A stretch of 64,000 nucleotides of DNA from Fimbriimonadales bacterium (GTDB lineage: Bacteria; Armatimonadota; Fimbriimonadia; Fimbriimonadales; JABRVX01), in the NCBI GenBank assembly GCA_045862955.1, contig BTVI01000012.1:1-64000 (forward strand). Reading direction: 5' to 3'. A model generated the notes under the pieces. That model ran no database searches. It worked only from the letters and a program-made list of their open reading frames with translations, and was not told where the DNA came from. The position numbers were made by a program, and so were the translations under genes. Below, one piece after another: positions 1 to 9,776 of the stretch. How positions within the stretch are numbered: position 1 is the first letter of the stretch; each line of letters opens with the position of its first letter.

Positions 1-11
1 CCGATTGCTGC

Positions 12-103
12 TGGCGGAGTGGGTGGGATTCGAACCCACGAGCCGCCTTTCGGCGACTACACGATTTCCAGTCGTGCTCCTTCGACCACTCGGACACCAC
101 TCC
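12..103 (-). tRNA. tRNA-Ser (anticodon GGA)
   Basis: Reverse complement GGAGTGG...CCACTCC-GCCA; anticodon arm CACGA-CTGGAAA-TCGTG; long variable arm; GGTTCGAATCC T-arm; encoded CCA. Confidence 0.96.
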
Positions 104-290
104 GGCGGGCCCTATTATGCGTCTCGGCATTCGGGAAGTCAACCTGACCTGAAGGACTATGGCGGTTCGCGCAGAGAATCTATGTGTATCCCGCGGCTCG
201 CGAGCAACCCGAGCGACCTGCGACGGTGCCCGTGTGGCGTCGTAGGTCTGGCTCGCACGATGCTCGGTCCGCCCGAAGTGAGCGAGGAGT

Positions 291-1259
291 ATGAAGCTAA
301 GCCGTTCGCCGTTCGACGAGTTGTTCGTCCGCCATCCCCAAAACCCGATCCTCTCGGCACAGCGCTGGCCGTACGGGGCCAACACGGTCTTCAATCCGGC
401 AGCCACCTTGCTGAAAGACGGTTCCACGCTGCTGCTGGTGCGTGTCGAAGACCGAAGGGGGCACTCGCACCTAACGGCGGCCCGCAGTCGCGATGGCATC
501 ACGGGCTGGGTAGTGGATCAGAAACCGACCTTCTCGCCGGATCCGGTGAACTACCCCGAGGAGCTGTGGGGCGTGGAGGACCCGCGTATCGTGTACCTGG
601 AGGAGCTGGGAAAGTATTCGATCTGCTACACCGCGTACTCGGCGGGCGGCCCGCTCGTGTCTCTGGCGCTCACAGAGGACTTTCGGACGTTCGAGCGGCG
701 CGGTGTCATCATGCCGCCCGAAGACAAGGACGCGTCTCTGCTGCCTCGCAAGTTCGGGGGGCGATGGGCGCTGATTCACAGGCCGGTGCCGGCATTTATC
801 GGCGCGGGTGCCAACATCTGGATTTCGTTCTCGCCGGACCTCACCCACTGGGGCAACAGCCAGGTAATCATCGAGGCCAGACGGGGTGCCTGGTGGGATG
901 CGAACAAGATCGGTCTCTCCCCGCCACCCATCGAGACCTCCGAGGGTTGGCTGGTGATGTACCACGGCGTACGGGTCACGCCTTCTGGCTCCATATACCG
1001 CCTCGGCCTCGCCCTACTGGACCTGGAAAACCCGACGAAGCTGATTCGCCGTGGACCCAGCTGGGTCTTCTCGCCCGAAGAGGACTACGAGCGGGTCGGA
1101 GACGTTCCCGATGTCGTATTTCCCTGCGGGACCACCTATCACGCCAACACGGACGAGGTGTACATGTACTATGGGGCAGCGGACACGTCGGTCGCTCTGG
1201 CCATCGGTAAGCTTCGGCACCTGATCGACTGGCTGATGACGGAAGGCGAACCCTGCTGA
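291..1259 (+). CDS. GH130-family glycosidase / beta-mannoside phosphorylase-like protein
   Basis: NPIL, FNPAA, GVEDPRI, EDKDA, LIHRP, PPIET, GDVPDVVFPCG and YYGAAD motifs; GAGGAG RBS. Confidence 0.88.
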   Translation: MKLSRSPFDELFVRHPQNPILSAQRWPYGANTVFNPAATLLKDGSTLLLVRVEDRRGHSHLTAARSRDGITGWVVDQKPTFSPDPVNYPEELWGVEDPRIVYLEELGKYSICYTAYSAGGPLVSLALTEDFRTFERRGVIMPPEDKDASLLPRKFGGRWALIHRPVPAFIGAGANIWISFSPDLTHWGNSQVIIEARRGAWWDANKIGLSPPPIETSEGWLVMYHGVRVTPSGSIYRLGLALLDLENPTKLIRRGPSWVFSPEEDYERVGDVPDVVFPCGTTYHANTDEVYMYYGAADTSVALAIGKLRHLIDWLMTEGEPC

Positions 1260-1338
1260 GTTGCCCGAAGGGACTGGGCCCTAGGCAGGATCGGCGGGCA
1301 CAGCTCGGTGCCGCGCGAACGTATCGGGAGGAAAGAGC

Positions 1339-2610
1339 ATGAAGCCGATTTCCACGCTGCTGATCGCTGTTGCCCTGCTCGCCAGGGCCCCCGTTCCCTG
1401 CAGCGCGCAAAATCTCACCGATTCCGACCGCACCGCGATGCTCGAGCGCATCGCCTCGACGCTTGCAGACAAGGCGTACGACCCCGCCGGCAAGCTGAAG
1501 GAATGGCCGAAGCTGATGGAGGAGTACGGGCCGAAGCTGGCCGAAGCCAAAGACGATGCCGCTTTCCTCGGGCTGCTCCGCGAGGCACTCGCCTCTACGA
1601 AAGTGTCCCACCTCCAGATTCTGACGCCCGACACGATGAAGTACCTGGTAACCCAGAAGCTGGTGGGCATCGGAGCGTACGGAGGACGAGTCGGCGGCGA
1701 GATCGTAGTCACGGAGCTCGCCCCTGGGTCGCCGGCGGACGAGTGCGGCGTAGAGATTGGCGACACCATCATGTCCGTGAACGACGAGCGGCCCACGAAC
1801 GCAGGGCTTTTCGCCGAGGCGGGCACGATCGTAGGCATCCAGTACCGAAAGCCGGACGGCTCGATCCATCGGCGAAGGGCGCGGGTACGTTCCTTCGAGT
1901 ATCGGCCGCCCGACGCCTTCTACGCTGTGACTCCCCGGACTGCTTACGTCCGCGTCCGTTCGTTCATGGACGGCGCATACAGCACCACCTGGGTGCGCAA
2001 CACGATGAGGGACGCCGTGAAGTTCGAGAACCTCATCGTGGACCTACGCGACAACGGCGGTGGAACGCTCTCGTATCTTGCCGACCTGTGCAGCTACTTT
2101 GTGCGTCCAGGGACGTCCCTCGGGCTCTTCATCACGAAGAAGGGCCTGGATATGGCGGAGGCTCAGCCCTATACCCCGAGCGCAAAGTCGCTATCGGCGT
2201 TTCAAGACCTCGCCGCCATCGAGAAGGCGGGGCGCCTCGAGCTGTTCTCGCCCAAACCTGCTTACGGACCGTTTCGGGGCAAGCTGATCCTGATGGTGAA
2301 CGGTGGCTCGGGTAGCGCCGCCGAGATTGCAGCCGGAGCGCTGGTGGAGGCCGGGCGGCCGCTAGCCGTGATCGGCATGCCCTCTGCGGGAGCGGTGCTG
2401 GCTAGCAAGTCCGAACCTATCGGCAAGAGCTACATGCTGCAGTATCCGGCTGCAGACTACTTGACTCCTCTCGGCGTTCGGCTGGAGGCGAATCCGGTGC
2501 AACCCACTCACCGGGTGACGGACCTGGAAGTCGCGATGGCGCTGCAGCGAGGGGAGAGAGACCCGGCGATTGCGCTCGCGTTGAAGTTGTTCGGGGACCC
2601 TGGCCGATGA
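1339..2610 (+). CDS. S41-family (CtpA-like) peptidase with PDZ domain, secreted
   Basis: Signal peptide; PDZ segment GIG...PGSPA...GD; DLRDNGGG and GSGSAAE catalytic motifs. Confidence 0.85.
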   Translation: MKPISTLLIAVALLARAPVPCSAQNLTDSDRTAMLERIASTLADKAYDPAGKLKEWPKLMEEYGPKLAEAKDDAAFLGLLREALASTKVSHLQILTPDTMKYLVTQKLVGIGAYGGRVGGEIVVTELAPGSPADECGVEIGDTIMSVNDERPTNAGLFAEAGTIVGIQYRKPDGSIHRRRARVRSFEYRPPDAFYAVTPRTAYVRVRSFMDGAYSTTWVRNTMRDAVKFENLIVDLRDNGGGTLSYLADLCSYFVRPGTSLGLFITKKGLDMAEAQPYTPSAKSLSAFQDLAAIEKAGRLELFSPKPAYGPFRGKLILMVNGGSGSAAEIAAGALVEAGRPLAVIGMPSAGAVLASKSEPIGKSYMLQYPAADYLTPLGVRLEANPVQPTHRVTDLEVAMALQRGERDPAIALALKLFGDPGR

Positions 2611-2644
2611 GGCACAGGTACAATCGCAGCCTATACGAGGTCGA

Positions 2645-3622
2645 ATGGGGGGCGTTTTGGCGATAGAAGGTGCCGTGAAGCGGCGAGCAAAGAGGAAGCA
2701 TCGGGTTGTCCTGGGCGACGCCTACGGATACTGTTTCGGCGTGCGCCGTGCAGTGGAGATCGTGGAGCGCGTGCGCGCGGAGCGTAGCGGCAACCTGACG
2801 ACGCTGGGTCCGATCATCCACAACCCGCAGGTGGTGGCGAAGCACAAGGAGATGGGAATAGGCTTCTGCGGGAGCCTGGACGAGGTGAAAGACGGCATCG
2901 TGGTGATGTCCGCGCACGGCGTCGGGCCGAAGACGATCGAGGACGCCAAGAGCAAGGGCCTGGACATCGTGGACGTGACCTGCCCGTTCGTTACAAAGGT
3001 TCACAAGGCCGCGCAGAAGATGGTCCAAGAGGGGTACGAGATCGTGATCCTGGGTGATCAGGGCCACACCGAGGTGCGCGGGGTGATCGGGTCCATCGAA
3101 GCCGCGGGGGGAAAGTACACGGTGGTCTCCGGCCCGGAGGACATCGAGAAAGTGGGCATGCCGCGCAAGGTCGGCGTGGTCAGCCAGACTACGCAGCAGG
3201 GGGAGACCTTCGCAGCGCTCGTCGGCGCCTTGACCAAGGTGGCCTTCGAGGTGCGTGCGGTAAACACGATTTGTGGCGCGACGGACGAACTGCAGGCTTC
3301 GGCACTGCAGCTAGCCAATCAAGTGGACGTCGTGCTGGTCATCGGAGGAAAGAACAGCGCCAACACCCGCCGATTGCGGGACATCATCGAGAAGGCGAAT
3401 ACCCCCGCCTATCACATTGAAACGGTGGACGAGATCCAGGACGAATGGCTCGAGCATGCGGCAACCGTAGGTGTGACGGCAGGGGCTAGCACGCCGGACT
3501 TCGTGATTGACGAGGTGCTAGATTTCCTGTCGCACGGAGAGGTAGTGGTACCCAAGGATCGCGGCCACTACGACATCCAGGGCGACGTGACCGATAAGCT
3601 TAGCGCATATAAGATCAAGTAG
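2645..3622 (+). CDS. ispH: 4-hydroxy-3-methylbut-2-enyl diphosphate reductase (start may be GTG 2675)
   Basis: GYCFGVRRA, IIHNPQV, SAHGV, DVTCPFV, SQTT, NTICGAT, SANT and GASTP motifs. Confidence 0.96.
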   Translation: MGGVLAIEGAVKRRAKRKHRVVLGDAYGYCFGVRRAVEIVERVRAERSGNLTTLGPIIHNPQVVAKHKEMGIGFCGSLDEVKDGIVVMSAHGVGPKTIEDAKSKGLDIVDVTCPFVTKVHKAAQKMVQEGYEIVILGDQGHTEVRGVIGSIEAAGGKYTVVSGPEDIEKVGMPRKVGVVSQTTQQGETFAALVGALTKVAFEVRAVNTICGATDELQASALQLANQVDVVLVIGGKNSANTRRLRDIIEKANTPAYHIETVDEIQDEWLEHAATVGVTAGASTPDFVIDEVLDFLSHGEVVVPKDRGHYDIQGDVTDKLSAYKIK

Positions 3623-3648
3623 CCGCAGCGCGGCGGAGAGAGGTCTCG

Positions 3649-5301
3649 ATGAACACCATTCGCGTGGTGCTGACTGCAGCCTACTTTGCCTGCTTTGCCC
3701 CCGTGCTCGCCGACGTCAAAGTCAACGTGAACCTGAAGGATGGGGATACCATCTCCGGCCTGTTCAAGATTGTCGCTACTTGCGAGTCGGACAGCGTCAT
3801 CCAGCAGGTGGAGTTCTATCTGAACGACGAGCTGGTCGGCATAGACACGAGCACCCCCTATGAGTACACCTTCGACACGATCGAGCGAGAGGACGGTACA
3901 TACACCTTGGTGATCGCCGCCTATGCGGAAGACGGCAGCTCGCAGCGTGTCACCTTCAAGCTCACAACCGATAACCAGATCGGTCTGGGTGCAAAGCATC
4001 ACACCGAGCTAGGCGAGGAGGCACTTCGAGAGCAGAAGTGGAAGGATGCTATCCTCGCCGCTCGTGTCGCTCTCAAAGCCGACGCAAAGTATGCTCCCGC
4101 ACTCATAGTGATGGCCCGTGCGAATCTCGGGCTGGGTGTGTTCGATGAGGCCCAAAAGTACATCGAGGACGCCATCGAGGTGGACCCGACATCCTCCTTC
4201 GCTCATGACATCCTGTCGCAGATTCACGTTCGAAAGGCGATAGCCATACGGGCGACGGGGGACGACCCAGAGAAGGCGGAGCAGAACGAGAAGGCAGCGT
4301 TCAAGGCTGCGATCGATGCACATAACAAAGCCATCGATCTGCGACTGCGTGCATTGGGGCCACCGAGTGAAGCCAATCTCAACCAGCGGCTCGCACTGCT
4401 CTTCGACTTCGGTCAGTACGGTGAGGCCAAGAACCTCTTACGCCCGATAGTGGAGCGTGACCCGAAGAACCTGGATGCGCAGAACCGGATGATGTACGCT
4501 CAAATCCGGCGTGGGGAGTTAGTGGATGCGCAGAAGACCTTCGATTCGTTGCTGAAACGCGGGCTAGGCGATGCGCGCACGTACGCAATGGGTGCGGTGT
4601 TGGCCTCGCTTCGCTGGGAGGATACCAAAGCGGACGACCTGATGCAGCAGGCTCTGAAGCAGGACCGCAAGTCGCTCTTCGTGCGCCTATGCCAAGCGTT
4701 CGTCGTGCTGGATCGCGGCAAGGCTGCCGCCGCGCAAGCCGCTGCTTCCGATCTGCTAGACAGTGGATTCAGTAACCCGGAAGTGTACTACTACCTGGGT
4801 CGCATCTATTATGATCAGAGGGAATACGAGGCTTCTCGCATCGCATACGAGAACGCGCTGCTGCAGAACCCCGCGCTAACCGAGGTGCATATTGCGAGGG
4901 CGATGGAGAACCTGCGCTCTGCACGAGCGACGTCGGATGCCAAAGCCGCCGAGAGATACCTTCGCTTGGCTCGCATTTCCTTCGAGATCGCACTAACCGC
5001 GCGCGGCGAATCGCCCGAAGCTCTCGCGGGTTTGGCACTGGCTCACGCCTTCAGTGGCCGGAGCGCAGACGCCGCGCGGCTCGCAGCCGGTGCGCAGGTC
5101 GTGGGTGGTCAAACGGCGTGGGTGCAATACGTGTGCGCGGCGGTTTACTCCAGGGCCAATCAGCCGGAGAAGGCGCGTCAGGCGATGGACACGGCGATCA
5201 AGCTGAGTCCGGAGGGGATCGCGATGTCCATGCCTACGCTGGACGAAGCGTTCCGCTACATGACCAAGTGGGGTCGCTCTCCCGTCCTGGTAGCGCCATA
5301 A
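3649..5301 (+). CDS. Secreted Ig-like-domain plus tetratricopeptide-repeat protein
   Basis: Signal peptide; Big-like VEFYLN...PYEYTFDT...DGTYTL segment; many TPR-like helical repeats. Confidence 0.8.
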   Translation: MNTIRVVLTAAYFACFAPVLADVKVNVNLKDGDTISGLFKIVATCESDSVIQQVEFYLNDELVGIDTSTPYEYTFDTIEREDGTYTLVIAAYAEDGSSQRVTFKLTTDNQIGLGAKHHTELGEEALREQKWKDAILAARVALKADAKYAPALIVMARANLGLGVFDEAQKYIEDAIEVDPTSSFAHDILSQIHVRKAIAIRATGDDPEKAEQNEKAAFKAAIDAHNKAIDLRLRALGPPSEANLNQRLALLFDFGQYGEAKNLLRPIVERDPKNLDAQNRMMYAQIRRGELVDAQKTFDSLLKRGLGDARTYAMGAVLASLRWEDTKADDLMQQALKQDRKSLFVRLCQAFVVLDRGKAAAAQAAASDLLDSGFSNPEVYYYLGRIYYDQREYEASRIAYENALLQNPALTEVHIARAMENLRSARATSDAKAAERYLRLARISFEIALTARGESPEALAGLALAHAFSGRSADAARLAAGAQVVGGQTAWVQYVCAAVYSRANQPEKARQAMDTAIKLSPEGIAMSMPTLDEAFRYMTKWGRSPVLVAP

Positions 5302-5414
5302 GCTAGCACCTCCGCCTGCGATCGTACGGTGGTTGCGAGGGCCCAATCTCTGCTGAGCAGAGTGGGTGCCGCATGTTCCCACATTCTGCGCTGAGAACGG
5401 TGTATCATGGCGTG

Positions 5415-7238
5415 ATGAGCTTCGTCCTGTTCCTTCTCGCCGCGCTGTCGTCGCTCGGTTCGCCGGCTGCCTCCTTCGACGCCGCGCGCACGGCAGTCCA
5501 GGCTGCGTGCGTCCAGCGCATGGACCTCAACCGCGACGGGTACATCGAGATCGAGTACCTTCGCCGCATCCGCAGCCCGCAAGGGGCGTATCCGTGCGAA
5601 GCGCCGGGTTCCGACAAGGGAACGGTGCTGGTGATCGTCGAGAGCCGGCTCCTGGAGCCGCTGGCAGGCGCGCGAGCTCTCGACAGGCCGCTGGAGACCT
5701 TCGTCGCGGACCTGGCACGAGACGGCTACCACGCGTTTGCCCTCGAGGCCAAGCTGGAGCCGGGGCAGCGAAAGCAGGGCGGCCTGACCGTGCTGGCCCT
5801 AAGGAGATGCCTGCAGAGTGTCTACCGTGCCGGTGTGGGACTGCGCGGCGTTATTCTCGTCGGGCGCTTCCCTAACGCCTCCATCGTGCGGCAGGACTAC
5901 TGGGAGAGGGACGATGACGTCGTGCTGCACGCGGGCACCGAGAACGAAAAGAAGTTCTCCGGAAGGCACTGGCTGACCTCGTCGCCGGAGTTGGTTTCCA
6001 GCGTGGCAGATATCGTGCTCGCCGACCTGGACGGAGACTGGGAGAAGGTGTACCAGCGAAACGAGCGTATGCTGACGTCCGTGGTGGCCGTGTACGCAGA
6101 CAAAGATATCACTGCCGCAACAGAAGACTGGGAGATCCGCACTCACACCTACCGGGACTACTTCTTTGTGCAGGACGGAGCCCATCGAATCGAGACGCAA
6201 GGCAAGGCGATTCGGGTGTCACGCGTGGGTACGGTGGACAATGAGTGCACTCCGGAAGACCGCTCGCTGCCGAACCCGTTGGCCCGCCCGGAGATTGCCG
6301 TCTCGCGCCTGGATGCTTCGATGGTGGCGTTGTGCCCCAACCCGCGACTCCGAGCCTCTGATGGCAGCTCCTTGGTGACGGAGGACGGCCGACCGAAGGC
6401 AGCGGAGTTCGAAGAGGGCAAGGTTCCGGCGATGGCTCGTCAGTGGGTTCGGGACCCCTACCTCGAGCGCGAGCTTCTCTATGCTTACTTCGAGCGCAAT
6501 CATCGCTATCGCACCCAGGGAGTGGGCGATGCAGCGCGTGCCGCATGCTACTCGACGGAGTGGGGCTCGTCGGTGCCCGAGATGATGTCCGCCGTGCCGG
6601 GCTGGGACAAGAAGCAACATGACGACTTGATAGGTACTCAGCTCACCGTGAACGACTGGGTGAAGTGGATGAAACGGCCCGCCGTATTCCGCGCCATCAA
6701 AGCACACTCCTCGCCCTGGGGAGCGGACTATGGCAAGTCGGCCGACCCAGAGGAACTGCTGCGCGAAGTGGGTGGTGTGTCGTGGGCTTGGGAGCAGCAA
6801 GGGAACCGCCTCGTACCTGCTACGTTCGCTGCTGGGACTGGCGGATTCGCGCTCTACTATACCATGTATCGAAACCGGGTGCTACCAGACACGCCAAACA
6901 TGTTCTTGTACACGGGGTGCGAGGGGATCACACCTGCGTGGTATGACGTGCTTCCTTACGGAAACGATGATTTCGGTAAGTTTCAGACTGCGCAAGCACT
7001 GATGATGTACTGCAATGGGTTGGTGCTCATCGGACGCGGCAAGGTGTTCAACGACGAACCGGCGGAGCTTGCGAAGGTGCTGGGCGAAGGCGGGACGTGG
7101 GGCGACGCGTGGATGCACTACTTCTCCGTGGACGGCGCGAACGCTGACGAAAATCGGGACAACACCACGCGCATTCGGCGCAAGAAGGCATACTTCTGGG
7201 CGCTGTTAGGTGATTGGACGTTGCGCCTGCAGCCGTAG
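5415..7238 (+). CDS. Secreted hypothetical protein, probable C25 (gingipain-like) peptidase fold
   Basis: Long ORF with signal peptide; VILVGRFP, PEIAVSRL, AHS...GC (candidate His/Cys dyad) and terminal LLGDWTL resemble C25 motifs; function is inference. Confidence 0.6.
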   Translation: MSFVLFLLAALSSLGSPAASFDAARTAVQAACVQRMDLNRDGYIEIEYLRRIRSPQGAYPCEAPGSDKGTVLVIVESRLLEPLAGARALDRPLETFVADLARDGYHAFALEAKLEPGQRKQGGLTVLALRRCLQSVYRAGVGLRGVILVGRFPNASIVRQDYWERDDDVVLHAGTENEKKFSGRHWLTSSPELVSSVADIVLADLDGDWEKVYQRNERMLTSVVAVYADKDITAATEDWEIRTHTYRDYFFVQDGAHRIETQGKAIRVSRVGTVDNECTPEDRSLPNPLARPEIAVSRLDASMVALCPNPRLRASDGSSLVTEDGRPKAAEFEEGKVPAMARQWVRDPYLERELLYAYFERNHRYRTQGVGDAARAACYSTEWGSSVPEMMSAVPGWDKKQHDDLIGTQLTVNDWVKWMKRPAVFRAIKAHSSPWGADYGKSADPEELLREVGGVSWAWEQQGNRLVPATFAAGTGGFALYYTMYRNRVLPDTPNMFLYTGCEGITPAWYDVLPYGNDDFGKFQTAQALMMYCNGLVLIGRGKVFNDEPAELAKVLGEGGTWGDAWMHYFSVDGANADENRDNTTRIRRKKAYFWALLGDWTLRLQP

Positions 7239-7286
7239 AACAATCCTCACCCTTGGGAGGGCATGGGCTGACACGCTCTGATCCGT

Positions 7287-7450
7287 GGGTCGAACTGCGA
7301 TAGCCTCTTTGCGCACTCCGCCGACCTGTGCGTACTCCGCGTGGAATCCAATCCCAGCGACCTGTTGCAGGTCGCACACGACAGCGAACTGCCGGTGAAC
7401 GACTCGGATCGTCACGCAGAGTTCGCAAGACGGATCGCCGAGCTCGCAGG
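7287..7450. repeat. Degenerate REPIN-like inverted-repeat element (copy 1 of 3)
   Basis: Imperfect inverted arms ~7308-7345 and ~7412-7450; aligns by eye with 48611-48756 and shares GGGTCGAACTGCG with 17585. Confidence 0.55.
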
Positions 7451-7528
7451 GCCCAACGCCCTCACGATGTCTCCGAACATCCGGCCCCGATGGCTCTCGT
7501 GTGTACACGTTGGGATAGGAGACAGAGA

Positions 7529-8536
7529 TCAGGATTGCGGCAACGGCGCGGAGGCGAAGACGTCCAGAGAGAGGTCGTCGAACAGGCCCTCCTTGAGCCG
7601 AAGATTGCCCGCCACTCCGATCATCGCAGCGTTGTCGGTGCAGTAGGCGAAGTCGGGTACGACCAGCTCGCGACCCATCTGCGACATGCGGCTTCCGAGC
7701 TGGGTGCGCAGTGCGGTATTGGCCGCTACTCCACCTACCAGTGCCACCGTCGCTAACCCCTCGTTCTCGGCTGCCGCGGCCGTGCGCGTGACCAGTACGT
7801 CCACGATGGCCTGCTGCACACTGGCTGCTACGTCCGGCACGTTCAGTGCCCCATCGGCCTTCTCGACATATCGCAACACGGAGGTCTTCAGGCCGCTGAA
7901 ACTGAAGTCGTAGCCGTCCCCGGGCAGCGAGCGCGGGAAGTTCACTGCAGCGGGGTTCCCCGAACTTGCGGCCTTGTTCAGGTGTGCACCACCGGGATAG
8001 GGCAAACCTAACAGCCTCGCCGCTTTGTCGAAGGCTTCTCCTGCCGCATCGTCCAGCGTCTGACCTAACACACGATACTTGCCCAGTCCGTCCACACGCA
8101 CCAGCTCCGTGTGTCCGCCGGAGACAACCAGTGCGAGGTAGGGGTATGGCAGAAACGGGTCGGCAAGCAGTGCCGAGCAGATGTGGCCCTCCAAGTGGTG
8201 TACACCTACTAGAGGCTTCTCCAACGCTACGCTGAGCGCCTTTGCGGCGGTAACACCTACCACCAGCGCACCGACGAGACCTGGGCGGTTCGTGACGGCG
8301 ATCCCCTCGATATCGGCGTACCCGATGCCCGCCTGCCGCAGTGCCTCTTCCACTACCAGGGTTACGCGTTCGACGTGTGCACGGGCCGCCGCCTCCGGTA
8401 CCACCCCTCCCCACTGAGCGTGCAGGTCGATCTGGCTCGAGACGATGTTGGAAAGTACGCTCGCGCCATCGCCTACCACAGCGGCAGACGTCTCGTCACA
8501 GCTCGTTTCAATCGCCAAGACCCGCACGGCTCGCAC
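7529..8536 (-). CDS. tsaD: tRNA N6-adenosine threonylcarbamoyltransferase
   Basis: LAIETSCDETSAA, GGVVPEAAARAH, HHLEGH, VSGGHT, DDAAGEAFDK and CTDNAAMI motifs. Confidence 0.97.
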   Translation of the reverse strand: MRAVRVLAIETSCDETSAAVVGDGASVLSNIVSSQIDLHAQWGGVVPEAAARAHVERVTLVVEEALRQAGIGYADIEGIAVTNRPGLVGALVVGVTAAKALSVALEKPLVGVHHLEGHICSALLADPFLPYPYLALVVSGGHTELVRVDGLGKYRVLGQTLDDAAGEAFDKAARLLGLPYPGGAHLNKAASSGNPAAVNFPRSLPGDGYDFSFSGLKTSVLRYVEKADGALNVPDVAASVQQAIVDVLVTRTAAAAENEGLATVALVGGVAANTALRTQLGSRMSQMGRELVVPDFAYCTDNAAMIGVAGNLRLKEGLFDDLSLDVFASAPLPQS

Positions 8537-9035
8537 ACTCCTTTCGCAGTCTGTTCAGCATCTCCACGTACTCCGGCGACTGCAAGTCGTTCAGCCACAT
8601 CACGCAAGCGTCTTCCTTGTCGGGGTAGTAGGCTTTGCGGATTGCCACCGTCACGAAGCCGTGCTTTTCGTAGAGCCTTCGTGCCACCACGTTGCTCGTT
8701 CGCACTTCCAACGTAGCACGCGCCATCCCCTTCTCGATGGCATGACGCAGCAGCTCGCATACTAACAGCTCGCCGTATCGCTTGCGCCGATGCTCGGGCG
8801 CGACGGCCACGGTAGTGATGTGTGCTTCATCCACGATTAGCCACTCCCCCGCGTAGCCGATCACCTGGCCGGCCTGTTGCAGCACCACGTAGTGCGACAT
8901 GTGGTTGGTGAGCTCCGCGGCGAAAGACGCCCTGGACCACGGGCAGGCGTAGGCCCGCACCTCGATCTCCATGATGGCGTCGAGGTGCTCCTCTCGCATG
9001 GGCTCGATACGCAGACGCTGAAGGACGGCGCTCAT
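8508..9035 (-). CDS. rimI: Ribosomal-protein-alanine N-acetyltransferase
   Basis: DEAHITTVAV, LEVRTSN, LYEKHGF, RKAYY...EDA; overlaps tsaD start. Confidence 0.92.
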   Translation of the reverse strand: MSAVLQRLRIEPMREEHLDAIMEIEVRAYACPWSRASFAAELTNHMSHYVVLQQAGQVIGYAGEWLIVDEAHITTVAVAPEHRRKRYGELLVCELLRHAIEKGMARATLEVRTSNVVARRLYEKHGFVTVAIRKAYYPDKEDACVMWLNDLQSPEYVEMLNRLRKECASRAGLGD

Positions 9036-9245
9036 AGAACCTCAGTTTACTCTGCGACTCGAACGGGCCAGAGGCGACGGACCGGTGGGGAGGGTTTTTG
9101 GGCCTGCCGGTGGCGACCCGGGACGGTGCCATAGGGGGGTGGCGCGCTGGAAACGGCGATTCAGGGCCGGGCGAAAGCTGAGAACCTAGTAATAATACTG
9201 TAACAATGGGGGCGGACAGTATAACGGGCAGGAGGGGGCGATTCG

Positions 9246-9632
9246 ATGGTAGGCAGAGTGGCAAAGCTGAGGCTTACATCCCCGTTGCTCCTGGCTATCT
9301 TAACTTTACCGTCCCCTGGACAGCCGCGGGTCGTCAATATCATCGGCGACAAGCAGGTCGGCGGGCTATCGTGCGACAGCGCCGGTCTTCCAGAGTACTG
9401 CCAGTACCGGTTCGTGGCACAGCTCGATCCTGTCCCGCCAGGTTGCACAGTGGAGTACGACTGGACTTTCGAAGGATGCGGAGCGCAAGTGGTGGAAGGC
9501 GGCAATACGGCGACGCCACTGGTGCGCTTCATCCAGACGGGCGCGTGCAACATATCGCTGGAAGCGCACGTGGTGGAGGCCCCGGGCTGCAGCCCGCAAC
9601 AGTGGGTGGGCACGGCGATCTACTTCGATTAA
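9246..9632 (+). CDS. Secreted Cys-containing hypothetical protein, possibly truncated or frameshifted
   Basis: AGGAGGGG RBS; hydrophobic N-terminus; a Pro-rich tail continues in another frame to 9732. Confidence 0.55.
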   Translation: MVGRVAKLRLTSPLLLAILTLPSPGQPRVVNIIGDKQVGGLSCDSAGLPEYCQYRFVAQLDPVPPGCTVEYDWTFEGCGAQVVEGGNTATPLVRFIQTGACNISLEAHVVEAPGCSPQQWVGTAIYFD

Positions 9633-9776
9633 ATCGTGGTCGAACCAGACCAAGCACGTTCCCGAGCGATGGCCCGCATGGGACTGGCCCCCAGATCCGC
9701 CCCCTCCTCCTCCACCTCCTCCGCCGCAGTAAGGCCGAGATGGTTTGCGATATACGACCTATAGGAGGTCAAGAAG

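Noticed and set aside
12..103. tRNA-anchored prophage or integrative island (also checked at tRNA-Thr 27831)
   Set aside because: No integrase or duplicated tRNA 3-prime end seen in the window; sequence beyond the tRNA-Ser 3-prime end is outside the window
7263..7646. ATG-GGC-TGA-CAC... as a second UGA read-through gene
   Set aside because: No Cys-containing paralog, SD spacing too short, it overlaps tsaD antisense, and the sequence is explained by the REPIN-like element
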